This document shows positions 49,365 through 60,121 of a stretch of 64,000 nt of DNA, piece by piece. Position numbers and translations under genes: made by a program. The DNA lies in assembly GCA_965205975.1 (NCBI GenBank), contig OZ242195.1:1856001-1920000 (forward strand), read 5' to 3'. The stretch is from Candidatus Latescibacterota bacterium (GTDB taxonomy: Bacteria; Latescibacterota; UBA2968). A model generated the notes under the pieces. The model made no database searches, was not told the origin of the DNA, and saw nothing but the letters and a program-made list of their open reading frames with translations. How positions within the stretch are numbered: the stretch's first letter is position 1; each line of letters opens with the position of its first letter.

Positions 49365-50096
49365 TCACGACAACATCAATTTCAGACCAATTCCCAGTAC
49401 CAGAACCAGCACACAGCGGTTAAACCACACAGGGGACAATCGCCGGTTCAAAAACAAACCGACCGCAGCCCCCAGGAACAAAGCTGGCAACATCCACACA
49501 TCCATCATCAAACTCTGGAAATTGATCAATCCCAAAAAAACATAAGGCGTCAACTTCAAAAGATTCAAAGCAATGCCAAAAATCCACGCCGTGCCTACAA
49601 ACGTACGCCCGACCAGACCCTGCGGCAACAAGTACAACATCAAAATCACGCCACCTGCAGAAACCAATGTGGAAACCACCCCCAAAGTCACACCAACGCC
49701 AAAACGCATCCACGGTCCCGGCGGTTTCACATTCGCCAGCACCCGGTCCCTCAGAGCCTGTAGCACTGCAAAAATGCATGCCAGAGCGCCTAACATACGC
49801 CGAAACCAGACCTCTGGCACAATATCCAGAATACCAGCGCCAATCAAAATACCCAGCACCATGCCGGGCATCAATGCTTTGACGTGATCGCCAACCCAAT
49901 GCCCCCAGTAGTACCGCGCACTGATCACATCGGTTGCCAACGACAGCGGCAAAACAAGCCCCAATGCGGACTTCGCAGGCACGGCAAGCGCGAGAACCGG
50001 CACAGCCACCACACCAATGCCTCCGCCAAATCCCGCGCGCATCACGCCAATCAAAAAACCGCCAACCCCCAACACGACAAAATCAATTATGTCCAT
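49365..50096 (-). CDS. TauE/SafE-family sulfite exporter
   Basis: GFGGGIG..VP, AGG motif, about 8 TM helices. Confidence 0.85.
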   Translation of the reverse strand: MDIIDFVVLGVGGFLIGVMRAGFGGGIGVVAVPVLALAVPAKSALGLVLPLSLATDVISARYYWGHWVGDHVKALMPGMVLGILIGAGILDIVPEVWFRRMLGALACIFAVLQALRDRVLANVKPPGPWMRFGVGVTLGVVSTLVSAGGVILMLYLLPQGLVGRTFVGTAWIFGIALNLLKLTPYVFLGLINFQSLMMDVWMLPALFLGAAVGLFLNRRLSPVWFNRCVLVLVLGIGLKLMLS

Positions 50097-50904
50097 CAGC
50101 GGTTACCTTCACACTTCCTTGCCATATCTCAAACGCATTCGCCGCAGGCCCCACTATAAACAGCGCGTAAAACGGCGCGTAAATCGCTTCATTCAAGCGC
50201 AAAATCATCTCGACAAAAGCCACCAGAAACGCGACAAAACACTGCCCCTTTCGCGTGAACACAGTCGTTTTGGGATCTGTAATCATAAAAAAAATGAACA
50301 ACTGATACATCGGTCCTGTAATCGGCGCAATACTCGTCAAATACGCCTGCCCGGTAAACAAGCAGCGAATAAGAGCAAAAGCCAAAAACGAAATAACATA
50401 TACCGCGCAGATATGAAACCGCCGCAATCGCCAGAGCGCGGCACTCCCCAGAACCCAGATAATTACCATTACCGATAGAGTATTGCCCCACTGGATACTC
50501 AACCCCGCCACCACTTCAGGAGCGAGAAACAGCATAATACTCACTCCAAAATTGGACGGATTCCACAAATGCCTGCCGCGCCATCGCAACACATACTTAG
50601 ATGCAATAGACAACACACTACACAACACATAAGGCCAAAACAAAGGCGAGCGGATTAAAATGCCCACACTGATCCCGGTAATATACGCACTGACCAGCCC
50701 CGGCCAAACACCCCACGTCAACCGCCCCAATACAAATTCCGCCAGCACGCTGCTCAGGATAGCTGTCAGCGTCTGCCCCAAACTCTCCAAAAAGCCAAAA
50801 GTAACCTGTCCTCCAATCAAAATGCACGTAATCAATGCCGGCGACAGATAACGGCTCTGCAACCCCGTCCAGACCGACTTCCAGAACCCGCTCGCTCGAT
50901 CCAT
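50083..50904 (-). CDS. UnbU/RnfD-like membrane protein
   Basis: SAYITG, SKY..RHLWNPSNFG, FFMITDPKT. Confidence 0.8.
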   Translation of the reverse strand: MDRASGFWKSVWTGLQSRYLSPALITCILIGGQVTFGFLESLGQTLTAILSSVLAEFVLGRLTWGVWPGLVSAYITGISVGILIRSPLFWPYVLCSVLSIASKYVLRWRGRHLWNPSNFGVSIMLFLAPEVVAGLSIQWGNTLSVMVIIWVLGSAALWRLRRFHICAVYVISFLAFALIRCLFTGQAYLTSIAPITGPMYQLFIFFMITDPKTTVFTRKGQCFVAFLVAFVEMILRLNEAIYAPFYALFIVGPAANAFEIWQGSVKVTADGHN

Positions 50905-50987
50905 TACAATTCTCTCTGTACACGGCAATTGTACATTGTTCCGTCTATGAACTGGCCTGAGAATCGGCCAGTTGTACATCGCTCCGT

Positions 50988-52775
50988 CTATTCGTCTATC
51001 CGATGCACCCGCCGCACATCGGGCGCGTAAAACATCTGCATATGTCCCGACGGCCAGCGTATTGCAACGCTATCAACCGCCGCACCCTCACCTAAACCAA
51101 AATGCAGCGGGCGTTGATTCTGCGCGGCATATCCACTCCCGCTCGACACCTCCTGCACCTGCACCTCGCCATTCCAAAATACCCGCACCCGCGCCCCAAT
51201 CGCACTGCGATTGCTCTGCTGCCCAAATAGCTCGAACCCAATCCAGTTCGCCTCTACCCGCACTGTATTGCGGTATAAAAGAAGCGGTCCCCGCTGATTG
51301 GCCACCACCACATCCAGCGCCCCCCGATTCCACAAATCTACCAGCGCCACAGCCCGCCCGTCGAATCGGTCCTGCACACCTACCGCCTGTGCCACCTCGA
51401 CAAATTGCCCCACCCCGTCGTTCACCCAAACGCGCTTGGTCTGATGACCAGCCAGACTTCTGCCCCGCATCGGAGGCCAATTTTTTGCATCTGAAATAAT
51501 CGCGCTATGCCCGCCCGCCACCTGAGAAAAATCGTACCAGTAATTCCCACTTCCCTCTGCCGAAATATATCCATTGGTCAAAACGATATCCAGCGCCCCA
51601 TCGTTGTTCAAATCTCCGAACTGCGCGCCAAAACTCCACCCACCCAGATCCACGCCCATCGCCCCGGCCAGATTTTCAAACCGCAAGGCCTCATCTCCCA
51701 TGGGCACCCACAAATTATTTCCCTGAATAAGAACACCAGCCTGGGAAATATTGGTCTCGTAAATTGCCAGATCTCCTCGATTCAGCACATCGCCAAATGC
51801 GGCATTCATACCGCTCTTCGGTTGGCGTCCCACCCCGGTTTGCTCTCCTGTCTCGACAAACCGCTTTCCACCCTCGTTCACATATAACTCGGATATCCCG
51901 TAATCATTGGACAAAAACAGATCGGGAAATCCAGAGCCGTTCAAGTCCGCCGCACCCACCGCCAGTGTCCACCTTCTGCTCGTGATTCCGACCTGTATAG
52001 TCACATCTTCAAATGTCCCATCGCCCGAGTTCCTCAGCAAGTACTTTCGCCCCCCATTATTCGCATATTCAAAACTCTCCGGCATCATCCGAGTGGTCTC
52101 CAAATCCCACAAATCCAGGGACTCGGACCAGTAACCCGCCACAAAAATATCCAGATACCCATCGCAGTCGTAATCTACCCAAATCGCACTCCCGGCATTG
52201 ATCCACCCGGGCAAACCCGCTATTTCTGTCACGCGCTCAAACACCTTCCCCTCGCGATTGCGAAATAACTCGGGCTGGCCCCATTTATACAAAAACAAAT
52301 CTTCGAACCCATCGTTGTCGTAATCGCCCCACACAGACCCCATACTCACACCCGCCCTGTTCACATCTGCCACGCCCATTGTCTCAGCCACATCTTCAAA
52401 ACCCATCTTCCCCAAATTTCGATACAACCGATTCAAACTGCCCTTGCGACTACTGGTCACATACAAATCCTGCCATCCATCCCGGTCGTAATCCACCACC
52501 GACACCGCCGCACCCATCGACGCGATAATCGGCATAATATGATCCAGCTTTGCATCCAGCACAGGCGCTTCATGTACAAAATCGATCCCCACCTGTTTTC
52601 CAACTTCCTCCAGATGGAATCCATATCGTTCAGAGCCAGTGCCACTCACTTTCCCCACCTGCCATCCCCCCCACTTCATCGCGACCAGCACCACCAGCAA
52701 TAGTCCAAAAAACAGCACTACCAGAATCCGCACAACGCGATTGGGATGCCTCTCCTCTATCCCGCTGTCTTTCAT
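50988..52775 (-). CDS. CRTAC1-family FG-GAP/ASPIC-UnbV protein
   Basis: DYDRDGWQDL-type repeats; C-terminal NRSAIGARV..LHFGLG..IRWPSG. Confidence 0.92.
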   Translation of the reverse strand: MKDSGIEERHPNRVVRILVVLFFGLLLVVLVAMKWGGWQVGKVSGTGSERYGFHLEEVGKQVGIDFVHEAPVLDAKLDHIMPIIASMGAAVSVVDYDRDGWQDLYVTSSRKGSLNRLYRNLGKMGFEDVAETMGVADVNRAGVSMGSVWGDYDNDGFEDLFLYKWGQPELFRNREGKVFERVTEIAGLPGWINAGSAIWVDYDCDGYLDIFVAGYWSESLDLWDLETTRMMPESFEYANNGGRKYLLRNSGDGTFEDVTIQVGITSRRWTLAVGAADLNGSGFPDLFLSNDYGISELYVNEGGKRFVETGEQTGVGRQPKSGMNAAFGDVLNRGDLAIYETNISQAGVLIQGNNLWVPMGDEALRFENLAGAMGVDLGGWSFGAQFGDLNNDGALDIVLTNGYISAEGSGNYWYDFSQVAGGHSAIISDAKNWPPMRGRSLAGHQTKRVWVNDGVGQFVEVAQAVGVQDRFDGRAVALVDLWNRGALDVVVANQRGPLLLYRNTVRVEANWIGFELFGQQSNRSAIGARVRVFWNGEVQVQEVSSGSGYAAQNQRPLHFGLGEGAAVDSVAIRWPSGHMQMFYAPDVRRVHRIDE

Positions 52776-55700
52776 GGCCTGTCATTCCTCAGCACCCGAT
52801 CAAACCAATCAGGCGTCACATACCGCGTGTGAAACCGCTGCCAGTCCTCTGCATTGCGCTTAAACACCGGATCATCCTCAAGTGTTTCAGGCGGGCGATC
52901 ATAAGACAAAACCCCATGCACGGGCAAGGGCAACACCGTCGTTGAAAAAGCCGTATTATAATCGCCATCCTTAACCCATCCATCGCCTTTCAAAACAAAA
53001 TCCCGCACCAGCTCTCCAGGATCGGGCAAAGCCGCAAACAGCAACTGGATTTCATCTCCCGCATTCACAATCGCATATCGATCATCGACCTGTGCCAGCA
53101 ATGGCTCTACATCTCCATATCTCGTGTAATATCCCACGAGATCTCGCCACATTTGCGAAGTCCCACCAAGCGCGTGATAATCCGGCACCTCGGGCGAACT
53201 CGCATCTGCCTCCGCCACCTGAGAAAACCCGCGATAACGCAACTGCGCGCGGTCCAAAGGTACAGAATGAACCGTCATCACACTATCTTCAAGCGGCACG
53301 GCCCACGCCAAACGATCCCAATAAATCTCCAAATTGGTCTGCAATCTAAATTTTCGGGGAACATCTCGCGGAAAAACACCGCTCAGATCGATCAATACCG
53401 TCTTGCGCTTTCCGGCGGGAAACCCCAGGTCTGGATGTGCGACGCGCCAACCAGTCCCATCAAATACATGCAGAGAAAGTCCCTGGGGTGGCGGATGGCT
53501 ACCCTGCCCCAGCGCCACATTGATCGAACTATCCGTCGGATGAATCCATCCCTGACCAACCAGCCACAGAGGTCCTTCTCTCGGCACCTCGTCTCCCACC
53601 ACCACCTCCACATAGTGTTCTCGCGTCACCCCTTGATACGCGCCCCGCCCAAAAGTATCCACATACTGTCCATCCCGCGCCTGCACCCTATCGGTCACAT
53701 CGCGCCCCCGATCATCTTTCACAACAGCAAATGACCGGGGCTGCGTAGTCGCGTAAATATCGAGCGATGGAGAAACCCGGGCAAAACGCTCATCCACAAA
53801 AATCGACGTCCCCTCGGGATGATCAACTGCAACAAGAGAAACCCAATCGACAAAATGCGTCTCCCAAAGTTCACCCGTAATCCGTATGTCGTACACCCCA
53901 TTTTGAGCAATTAGCTGATCGCCTCTGACCTTTACCCAATCTTCCGTCTGATCAATACCCGCAACAACCTGAGCATTGATCCGCATCCCCAGAGGCGACC
54001 GCCACAGAAAATCCGTTACAAACCCCATCTCCGACCCATTGTACGCAAAAACCCAGGGGCACGACCCCTTCAACCGCTGTACAGCACGCACCACCTGATC
54101 AACCTCCAGATCGAACTCCACCTGAGGCATCCCATTGGGCCACACAATCCGCACGAGATCTGCCCCCGTATAAGTCCCCAACCCAAAATGTAATACCGGA
54201 TTCGTCACCACTTGCTTCTGATAAAATGCGCCAGAACGCAACTCCACTTCTGATCCCAAACCCAGTGCATTGATCCTGCCATCGCCAGAAGCCCTACCGC
54301 CCACGGGACGAATCGCCTGCCAGTGATACGCCAAATCGCCCCGATTCACCAGTTGCAACGCCTCTCCTGCATCCGAAACACCCAGCAAATCGAGCCGACC
54401 ATCGCCCGTCAAATCCGCCACACCAGTCACGCGCGCCTGCAGATCCAGAGCATGGTAAGCCTCTTCCGACGCCAGATAGGCGCGTTTGCCAAACACCAGA
54501 TCCAGCGCGCCATTATTATCCAGATCCGCTATGAGAAGCGGAGCAGGACCTGCGGTTGAATCACCCTGGATCAGAGTGCGAATCCCTCCTTGCGATACAG
54601 CGATCACAGCGCCATCTCGATCTACAACCACGCGCTCTAAGTGCCCATCTCGATCCAGATCTCCCGCGCTTAACGCAATCCCGTTCATCGCCTTCCTCGC
54701 CCCCGGCGTAAATACACCAGCCCGCTCGTTAATCGCCTCGATCAATTGCCCTTTTCGATCCAGCATCGCCGCATCGGGATCGCCATCCCCATCGCAATCT
54801 ACCCACACAAATCCCCTCAGTCCATCTACATTACCGAAAGATTCTCGCGCCACAAACGAACCATCCCCATTGTTTTGCAACACGAGAGGCGGTCCTGTAG
54901 AACGCCCCAACACAAAATCGACATCCCCATCCATCTCTACATCTGCTCCCCACACGCCAGCTATCTCTTCTTCGTCCAACCCAATGGAATCAGTCACATC
55001 CTCAATCCCGCCATCTCCATTACGTCGGAACAATCGAAAGCCCTCTGACCCCACCAGCGCCAGATCTAACGCAAAATCGTTATTCCAATCAACCGTCAGC
55101 ATCCCATCCATCTCCGACACATCTGGAAAATCGAGCGCAATCCCCTCCATCCCCCACACTTGAGAAGCACTTGCCGCAACCACCTCTACCTCTTCTTTGG
55201 ACCAGAAAGGCTTGAGCACCTGCCAATCACTTCCCTCCAAATCCGCAACGGGTTCGGGTTCAAAGTGCATGTTCAAATCCGCAGGTGCTGGCATAGCCTG
55301 AGGCATACTGAACTTCAAAAATTTAACTATGGGATCTCCCAGGCGTTCAGCCGGCACAATCAGCGCATCCAGCGCGCGTCGGTACATCGGATCGCGCAAC
55401 AACACATTGTGCAAAAACATCGCTTGCAAAGCTACTTCACTCCCCCCTTCCATCTCGCCCTGCAAACTGCGCAACTGCACCCGCGCCGCAGCCGGCCAGT
55501 CTTCTGCCCACTCGCCCAACTTCTCCACCGATGCACGCAGAGCCTCCTCCTCATCCCGTTTGCCCGCCTGCCTCGCCCGCTCAACCCACAATGCAGGATT
55601 ATCCGGCACCTGTCTGATCAATACCTCCAACTGTGCCCAGACCTCGTCCTCGCTCCCTGCTCCTCCCCGTCGCTCAACCTCCTTCATCAGCGCGTACTGC

Positions 55701-56095
55701 GCCTTCACAAGCCCCTGTTGCGCCGCGGCCTCGAAAAACGCGATAGCAGCGTCGGATTGTCCTCTACTGCGCTCGACCAATCCCTGTAACATCGTAATAG
55801 TACCGCTTTCGGGCATCAGTGAACGCGCTGTCTTCAGGTCTTTTGCCGCCCCACCGTAATCCCCGCGCCGCAGCCGCAACACCCCGCGATTTGCCCACGC
55901 AACCGGCTCATCGGGTTCCAATGTGAGAGCGCGGCTCAAACTGGCATCCGCCCGGTCAAAAGCACCCACCTCCAGCGCGAACACACCCGTATAGAATGCG
56001 GAGACATAATCCGCGGATGGCGTAGCCATCTCCTCTTCTCCGCATCCAAAACTCAACACCATCAACAACCCGATCACGCGACGAATATCAAGCAT
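52772..56095 (-). CDS. TPR + FG-GAP + ASPIC/UnbV lipoprotein
   Basis: Lipobox SFGC, TPR repeats, DxDxDGxxD repeats, LHFGLG, KGSCP, GWVKDGD. Confidence 0.85.
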   Translation of the reverse strand: MLDIRRVIGLLMVLSFGCGEEEMATPSADYVSAFYTGVFALEVGAFDRADASLSRALTLEPDEPVAWANRGVLRLRRGDYGGAAKDLKTARSLMPESGTITMLQGLVERSRGQSDAAIAFFEAAAQQGLVKAQYALMKEVERRGGAGSEDEVWAQLEVLIRQVPDNPALWVERARQAGKRDEEEALRASVEKLGEWAEDWPAAARVQLRSLQGEMEGGSEVALQAMFLHNVLLRDPMYRRALDALIVPAERLGDPIVKFLKFSMPQAMPAPADLNMHFEPEPVADLEGSDWQVLKPFWSKEEVEVVAASASQVWGMEGIALDFPDVSEMDGMLTVDWNNDFALDLALVGSEGFRLFRRNGDGGIEDVTDSIGLDEEEIAGVWGADVEMDGDVDFVLGRSTGPPLVLQNNGDGSFVARESFGNVDGLRGFVWVDCDGDGDPDAAMLDRKGQLIEAINERAGVFTPGARKAMNGIALSAGDLDRDGHLERVVVDRDGAVIAVSQGGIRTLIQGDSTAGPAPLLIADLDNNGALDLVFGKRAYLASEEAYHALDLQARVTGVADLTGDGRLDLLGVSDAGEALQLVNRGDLAYHWQAIRPVGGRASGDGRINALGLGSEVELRSGAFYQKQVVTNPVLHFGLGTYTGADLVRIVWPNGMPQVEFDLEVDQVVRAVQRLKGSCPWVFAYNGSEMGFVTDFLWRSPLGMRINAQVVAGIDQTEDWVKVRGDQLIAQNGVYDIRITGELWETHFVDWVSLVAVDHPEGTSIFVDERFARVSPSLDIYATTQPRSFAVVKDDRGRDVTDRVQARDGQYVDTFGRGAYQGVTREHYVEVVVGDEVPREGPLWLVGQGWIHPTDSSINVALGQGSHPPPQGLSLHVFDGTGWRVAHPDLGFPAGKRKTVLIDLSGVFPRDVPRKFRLQTNLEIYWDRLAWAVPLEDSVMTVHSVPLDRAQLRYRGFSQVAEADASSPEVPDYHALGGTSQMWRDLVGYYTRYGDVEPLLAQVDDRYAIVNAGDEIQLLFAALPDPGELVRDFVLKGDGWVKDGDYNTAFSTTVLPLPVHGVLSYDRPPETLEDDPVFKRNAEDWQRFHTRYVTPDWFDRVLRNDRP

Positions 56096-58076
56096 CGTGC
56101 TCCTTCCATCCCGGTATTGAAATATCCATCCGCCGCTCAGGCGCGTAGATCCTATCCCCCTTATAAGGCGTATCCTGCGTCAGAATATAAATGGCGCCCT
56201 CGTGTACATACGTAATCTCATCCCTCGAATCTCCCACCACATCTTCCACAACCCCGCCCGCCCAATCGAATGGCAAGCCCTCGCACACGGGTTTAATCAC
56301 CTTGCGACACTCTGCATCGTAAAACCCGAATGATTCCGCACTGGTGCCGATAAACAACAACTCTTGTCCATCACCTCCCCAGTTCACAGCCGGACCTCCC
56401 TGGCTCATGTTATCCGGCTCCATTCGGGACAGCGGATCCCCCTGCCCACTCACCAGATTCATAACACCATAAGTTCCCCACCGATCGCCCATCCACATCT
56501 CCAACCCCGGCAAATCGGGTCTAAAATTCCCCGCGTAAATCCCCTGCACATGTCCATAGCGGTGGTGTCGCAACAGTGTACCATCCCGCGCATCCACCAG
56601 GAAAAATCCCGGATCACTCCCCGCAATCCCGACCTCTGGCCCATTGCTCTCATCCCCATCCAATTCCCCAAAAGAAGCGTGGTCAATATGCCCTGCACCG
56701 CCAGAATCCTCGATGTACTCCGACCCCTCCATTGTCCAGAGATGATTTCCATCCCCATCGTACAGATCGTAACCGGGCAAAATTTCATCCCGCCCGTCGC
56801 CATCCACGTCGTAAAACCAGATATACATCCCGTACCACGCATTGTGCGCGTCCTGCCGCCAGCGCAAGTTCAGATTTTCGTCAAATGCCCAGATCGAATA
56901 CCCTGTGCCCGCGCCATCCCCATCTCGCAAAATCAAATCCTGCGCCTTCTCCGTCTTTCTAATTTTACACGGCCAGATCACCCTGAGCGAATGCAAAACA
57001 TCTCCCATGCTCGCATTCCTGTATCCCCGATACGGTCCCGTCCTCGGCAATTCTGTTTCCGCCGTCACCTCGCCCGACTTTCCGCTCACCAGCTTTAACC
57101 GATCATCCTCAATACCGATAAAGTCTTCCACCCCATCCCCATCCAGGTCGTGTACCACAGATCGTTGCAGCCCTTTTGCAGCGGGAAAAGTCCGATCGTA
57201 TTGCACTTCCCCATCAAAATCCAGGCACACGACGCGCACGCCTTCATCCGTCTCCTTTTCCAACACAATTTCCTTTTCCCCCGCCCCTCTAAAATCGCCG
57301 TATCGAACGCCACACGGCCAGAACTCGCCAATATCAATCCGCTTCCACAGCACGGGTTTTGGATACTTCTCCGCCTCCTCCGCCACCTCTTTTTGATATG
57401 CATCCAACCGACTCACATACGCGGCATTACCAGATGCACTCGTTGTGACGCGCACCGCGCGCATGCGACTCCGCGTATTTGTACGCACGCCCACTTTCCC
57501 CGTTGGAAAGCGATCGTCATAAGCCACAAATGCCTGCTCCCCATTCACATAACACGCAAACCGCTCGCCCTCACACACCACCTTTAGCGTGTAATACTGT
57601 CCCCTATCAAATCCATTGGGCAGATCCGCCAGCATCGTCCATGCCTCGTCTTCTCTCCGATAGAGCACAAACCGGTCAAATCCCTCCATACAAAAATAAT
57701 AATACCGCCTCAAATCCCGATACCGCACCATAACCCCCGACCGAGCGACAATCGCGTGGGGATCGTCATTGCCCGGCTGGGTATATGCATTCAACTGCCG
57801 CACCTGCGCTTCCACCGTGTAATCCCCCCACAGCGGCTCACCCGCCACCAGGCACCGATCCGACTTGGCAGTGTGCTCCAACACCTCTGTGTCCCCATCT
57901 TTCACCACCCGGTAGTTACTCAGCATATTCCACTTGGGAGGTGCGACCAGCGCATTTCCCCAGCCCTTGAAATATTGCTCCTCGATACTCTGATCCGGTT
58001 CTGTCTTATCCAGCACCGTCCCCAGCGGACATCCCGTCAGGTCAATTTCTGCCAGCAATTGTTCATTGCTTGCCAT
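56088..58076 (-). CDS. Hypothetical protein: DUF1080/LamG-like domain plus FG-GAP (PL11-like) propeller
   Basis: WGDYTVEA..GKVGVR beta-sandwich, DVDGDGRDEI, GHID, GNFRPDLPGLE. Confidence 0.7.
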   Translation of the reverse strand: MASNEQLLAEIDLTGCPLGTVLDKTEPDQSIEEQYFKGWGNALVAPPKWNMLSNYRVVKDGDTEVLEHTAKSDRCLVAGEPLWGDYTVEAQVRQLNAYTQPGNDDPHAIVARSGVMVRYRDLRRYYYFCMEGFDRFVLYRREDEAWTMLADLPNGFDRGQYYTLKVVCEGERFACYVNGEQAFVAYDDRFPTGKVGVRTNTRSRMRAVRVTTSASGNAAYVSRLDAYQKEVAEEAEKYPKPVLWKRIDIGEFWPCGVRYGDFRGAGEKEIVLEKETDEGVRVVCLDFDGEVQYDRTFPAAKGLQRSVVHDLDGDGVEDFIGIEDDRLKLVSGKSGEVTAETELPRTGPYRGYRNASMGDVLHSLRVIWPCKIRKTEKAQDLILRDGDGAGTGYSIWAFDENLNLRWRQDAHNAWYGMYIWFYDVDGDGRDEILPGYDLYDGDGNHLWTMEGSEYIEDSGGAGHIDHASFGELDGDESNGPEVGIAGSDPGFFLVDARDGTLLRHHRYGHVQGIYAGNFRPDLPGLEMWMGDRWGTYGVMNLVSGQGDPLSRMEPDNMSQGGPAVNWGGDGQELLFIGTSAESFGFYDAECRKVIKPVCEGLPFDWAGGVVEDVVGDSRDEITYVHEGAIYILTQDTPYKGDRIYAPERRMDISIPGWKEHDA

Positions 58077-58149
58077 GTCTTCCTCCCGGTAAAAAATTGG
58101 AAATTACATCGACGCGGTGTCTCTTATCATACCATCAACAAAGCTGAAC

Positions 58150-60096
58150 TCAAAATACATGCACCACATGCCCCTGTCCCGGAAACCAGACCATATCTAC
58201 CACAAAAGATAGCGTTACTGCCAGGGCATATCCAACCAACAGACCGATAAAAAAAGGCTGCCACTGGCGGTACAACACCATCCCCCCTCCCTTCAGCAAC
58301 AACCCCTTGATCGCCCAAACCAGAAAGGCCGAAAACGCCAGTTCTCGTGTAAAATTAGTGCCGGGAATGGTCAGTCCGATCGGGTGAAGCGGCCACCTCG
58401 GAAACCGGTAACGCAAAAAACTCAACAGTCCCATCAGCGCGGCACCGATACCGAACAGCATCAGTCGAATACTATCCGTACCCTGTGGCGACTTCATCTT
58501 GGCAACTGCCGCATTAAAGGCCGCTTTGTTCCCACTTCGATAGGGCCACACATCAAAATGATAGGCTCCATGGGCATAAGCAAGGTGAAGCGTTAATACA
58601 AGCGATACCACTGCACTCAACCCGAGGCCAAATACCACAGCCCAGAGCAGAAGGCGTCGGTTGCCACGCACAAAATCTGCCAGCCGTGCCCCGTGTACCA
58701 ACCCGGGCATAAACAGTCCCCGATAGGAAATCAACGCATAGGAAAATGCCAATGCCGTCATCGTCGCTCCCGACAGGGTACGCGTACCCAGAGCAGCCAT
58801 CGTAAATGCCTGACCGCTCAACGGGGTGCGCACATAAATCAACCCTGTCTCCGCCACGATCTTGGCGACCCCCACATACGTCACCAGCGTTGCCAAAACA
58901 CACAACATAGCTGCACCATAGGCCATTCCCGCCGCGTGTAGCCACAACACCAGATAACCCAGCCCGATAAACAACCCCCATACCGCCACCCGGTAGCCCA
59001 TCATCTCGTCCGAATCTCCGGCGTTCCGATCCCCTCTAAAAGCACTGCGGAATGCGGCGTAAAAGTGCCTCCGGGCCATCCACAACCCCCAGACCACAAA
59101 TACGGTCAACGCCCCGAACCCCTCCCAGCCAGCCACCTCGTATGACGAACCCCAACTGTCGGAATTCTTCAAACCAAACCCCAGTCGCCTTAAGATACCC
59201 ACCTGGAATACATTCAACACATAAAAAAACCAGACGCTAAACAACACTTCCAGATTGGCAAAATACACAAACCCGATCGTAAACAGATTGAGCTTGATTC
59301 GGATTCCAGGGAAACTGCGGCCCAGTGGTAGCCATGTTCCAGACCGGTAACTGCCCGTGGGAAATTTAGGCACCCCAGGAGAAAAATACGACAGGATGTT
59401 CCAGGCGATCATCCCAAATCCCGTCACAGCACCCGACCAGAACAACCTTCCCCCAATCATCCGTATCCCGTGTTTCGGTGCCGAGACCAGATCCACCGCC
59501 ACATTTGCCAGCGGATAGACCAATCGCTCGTGATCCACCCACTGCCGCCGCAACAAAACCGCCAGACAAATCGACACACACGCCGCTGCACCGATAAAAC
59601 TCAACCACCAGAACAGTGGCAAAACCCACTCTCCCCACGGCACAGCCTGTCCGGGCGGTAATCCCTCAAAAAACCATGTCATCGCCCGCCCGTCTTCCGA
59701 GGGCGCCATCCACGGTCTGATGTGATTGTGCAGGTAAGGTGCCCACCCATTCTCCGGTGTCGCAAAATAAAATGGTGCCGCAAGAATCCCCAACAAATAT
59801 CCCGGCAGTCCATCCGCCGCCGGGATCACCGCGCTGGCCAACCCCATCGTCAACGCCACCAGCAAATCCGAACGCCCGAATGCCCACTCGGGTTTTTGCG
59901 CTTTGAGCACTGGATTTACAATCAGGGCACACAGTACAAAGGGGACAAATAGGGCCAGCGCAAAATTGCTCATGTTCAACCGGGAGGCCCGCACAATAAA
60001 CTCAGAATAGGTAGCCCAAACACTCACCAGCACCACAAAAAATGACCCCAGTACCACCGCACGAACCTTAAACCGATCGTCTCGCACCTGCCCCAT
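58150..60096 (-). CDS. Polytopic membrane protein (DUF6785/DUF6784-like)
   Basis: FYFATPENGW, RRQWVDHERLVYPL, WPLHPIG, PFFIGL. Confidence 0.75.
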   Translation of the reverse strand: MGQVRDDRFKVRAVVLGSFFVVLVSVWATYSEFIVRASRLNMSNFALALFVPFVLCALIVNPVLKAQKPEWAFGRSDLLVALTMGLASAVIPAADGLPGYLLGILAAPFYFATPENGWAPYLHNHIRPWMAPSEDGRAMTWFFEGLPPGQAVPWGEWVLPLFWWLSFIGAAACVSICLAVLLRRQWVDHERLVYPLANVAVDLVSAPKHGIRMIGGRLFWSGAVTGFGMIAWNILSYFSPGVPKFPTGSYRSGTWLPLGRSFPGIRIKLNLFTIGFVYFANLEVLFSVWFFYVLNVFQVGILRRLGFGLKNSDSWGSSYEVAGWEGFGALTVFVVWGLWMARRHFYAAFRSAFRGDRNAGDSDEMMGYRVAVWGLFIGLGYLVLWLHAAGMAYGAAMLCVLATLVTYVGVAKIVAETGLIYVRTPLSGQAFTMAALGTRTLSGATMTALAFSYALISYRGLFMPGLVHGARLADFVRGNRRLLLWAVVFGLGLSAVVSLVLTLHLAYAHGAYHFDVWPYRSGNKAAFNAAVAKMKSPQGTDSIRLMLFGIGAALMGLLSFLRYRFPRWPLHPIGLTIPGTNFTRELAFSAFLVWAIKGLLLKGGGMVLYRQWQPFFIGLLVGYALAVTLSFVVDMVWFPGQGHVVHVF

Positions 60097-60121
60097 TTAT
60101 TTCACCTCAACATCATCTCCG

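Noticed and set aside
50083..52775. Enediyne biosynthetic gene cluster
   Set aside because: No PKSE or thioesterase gene in the window.
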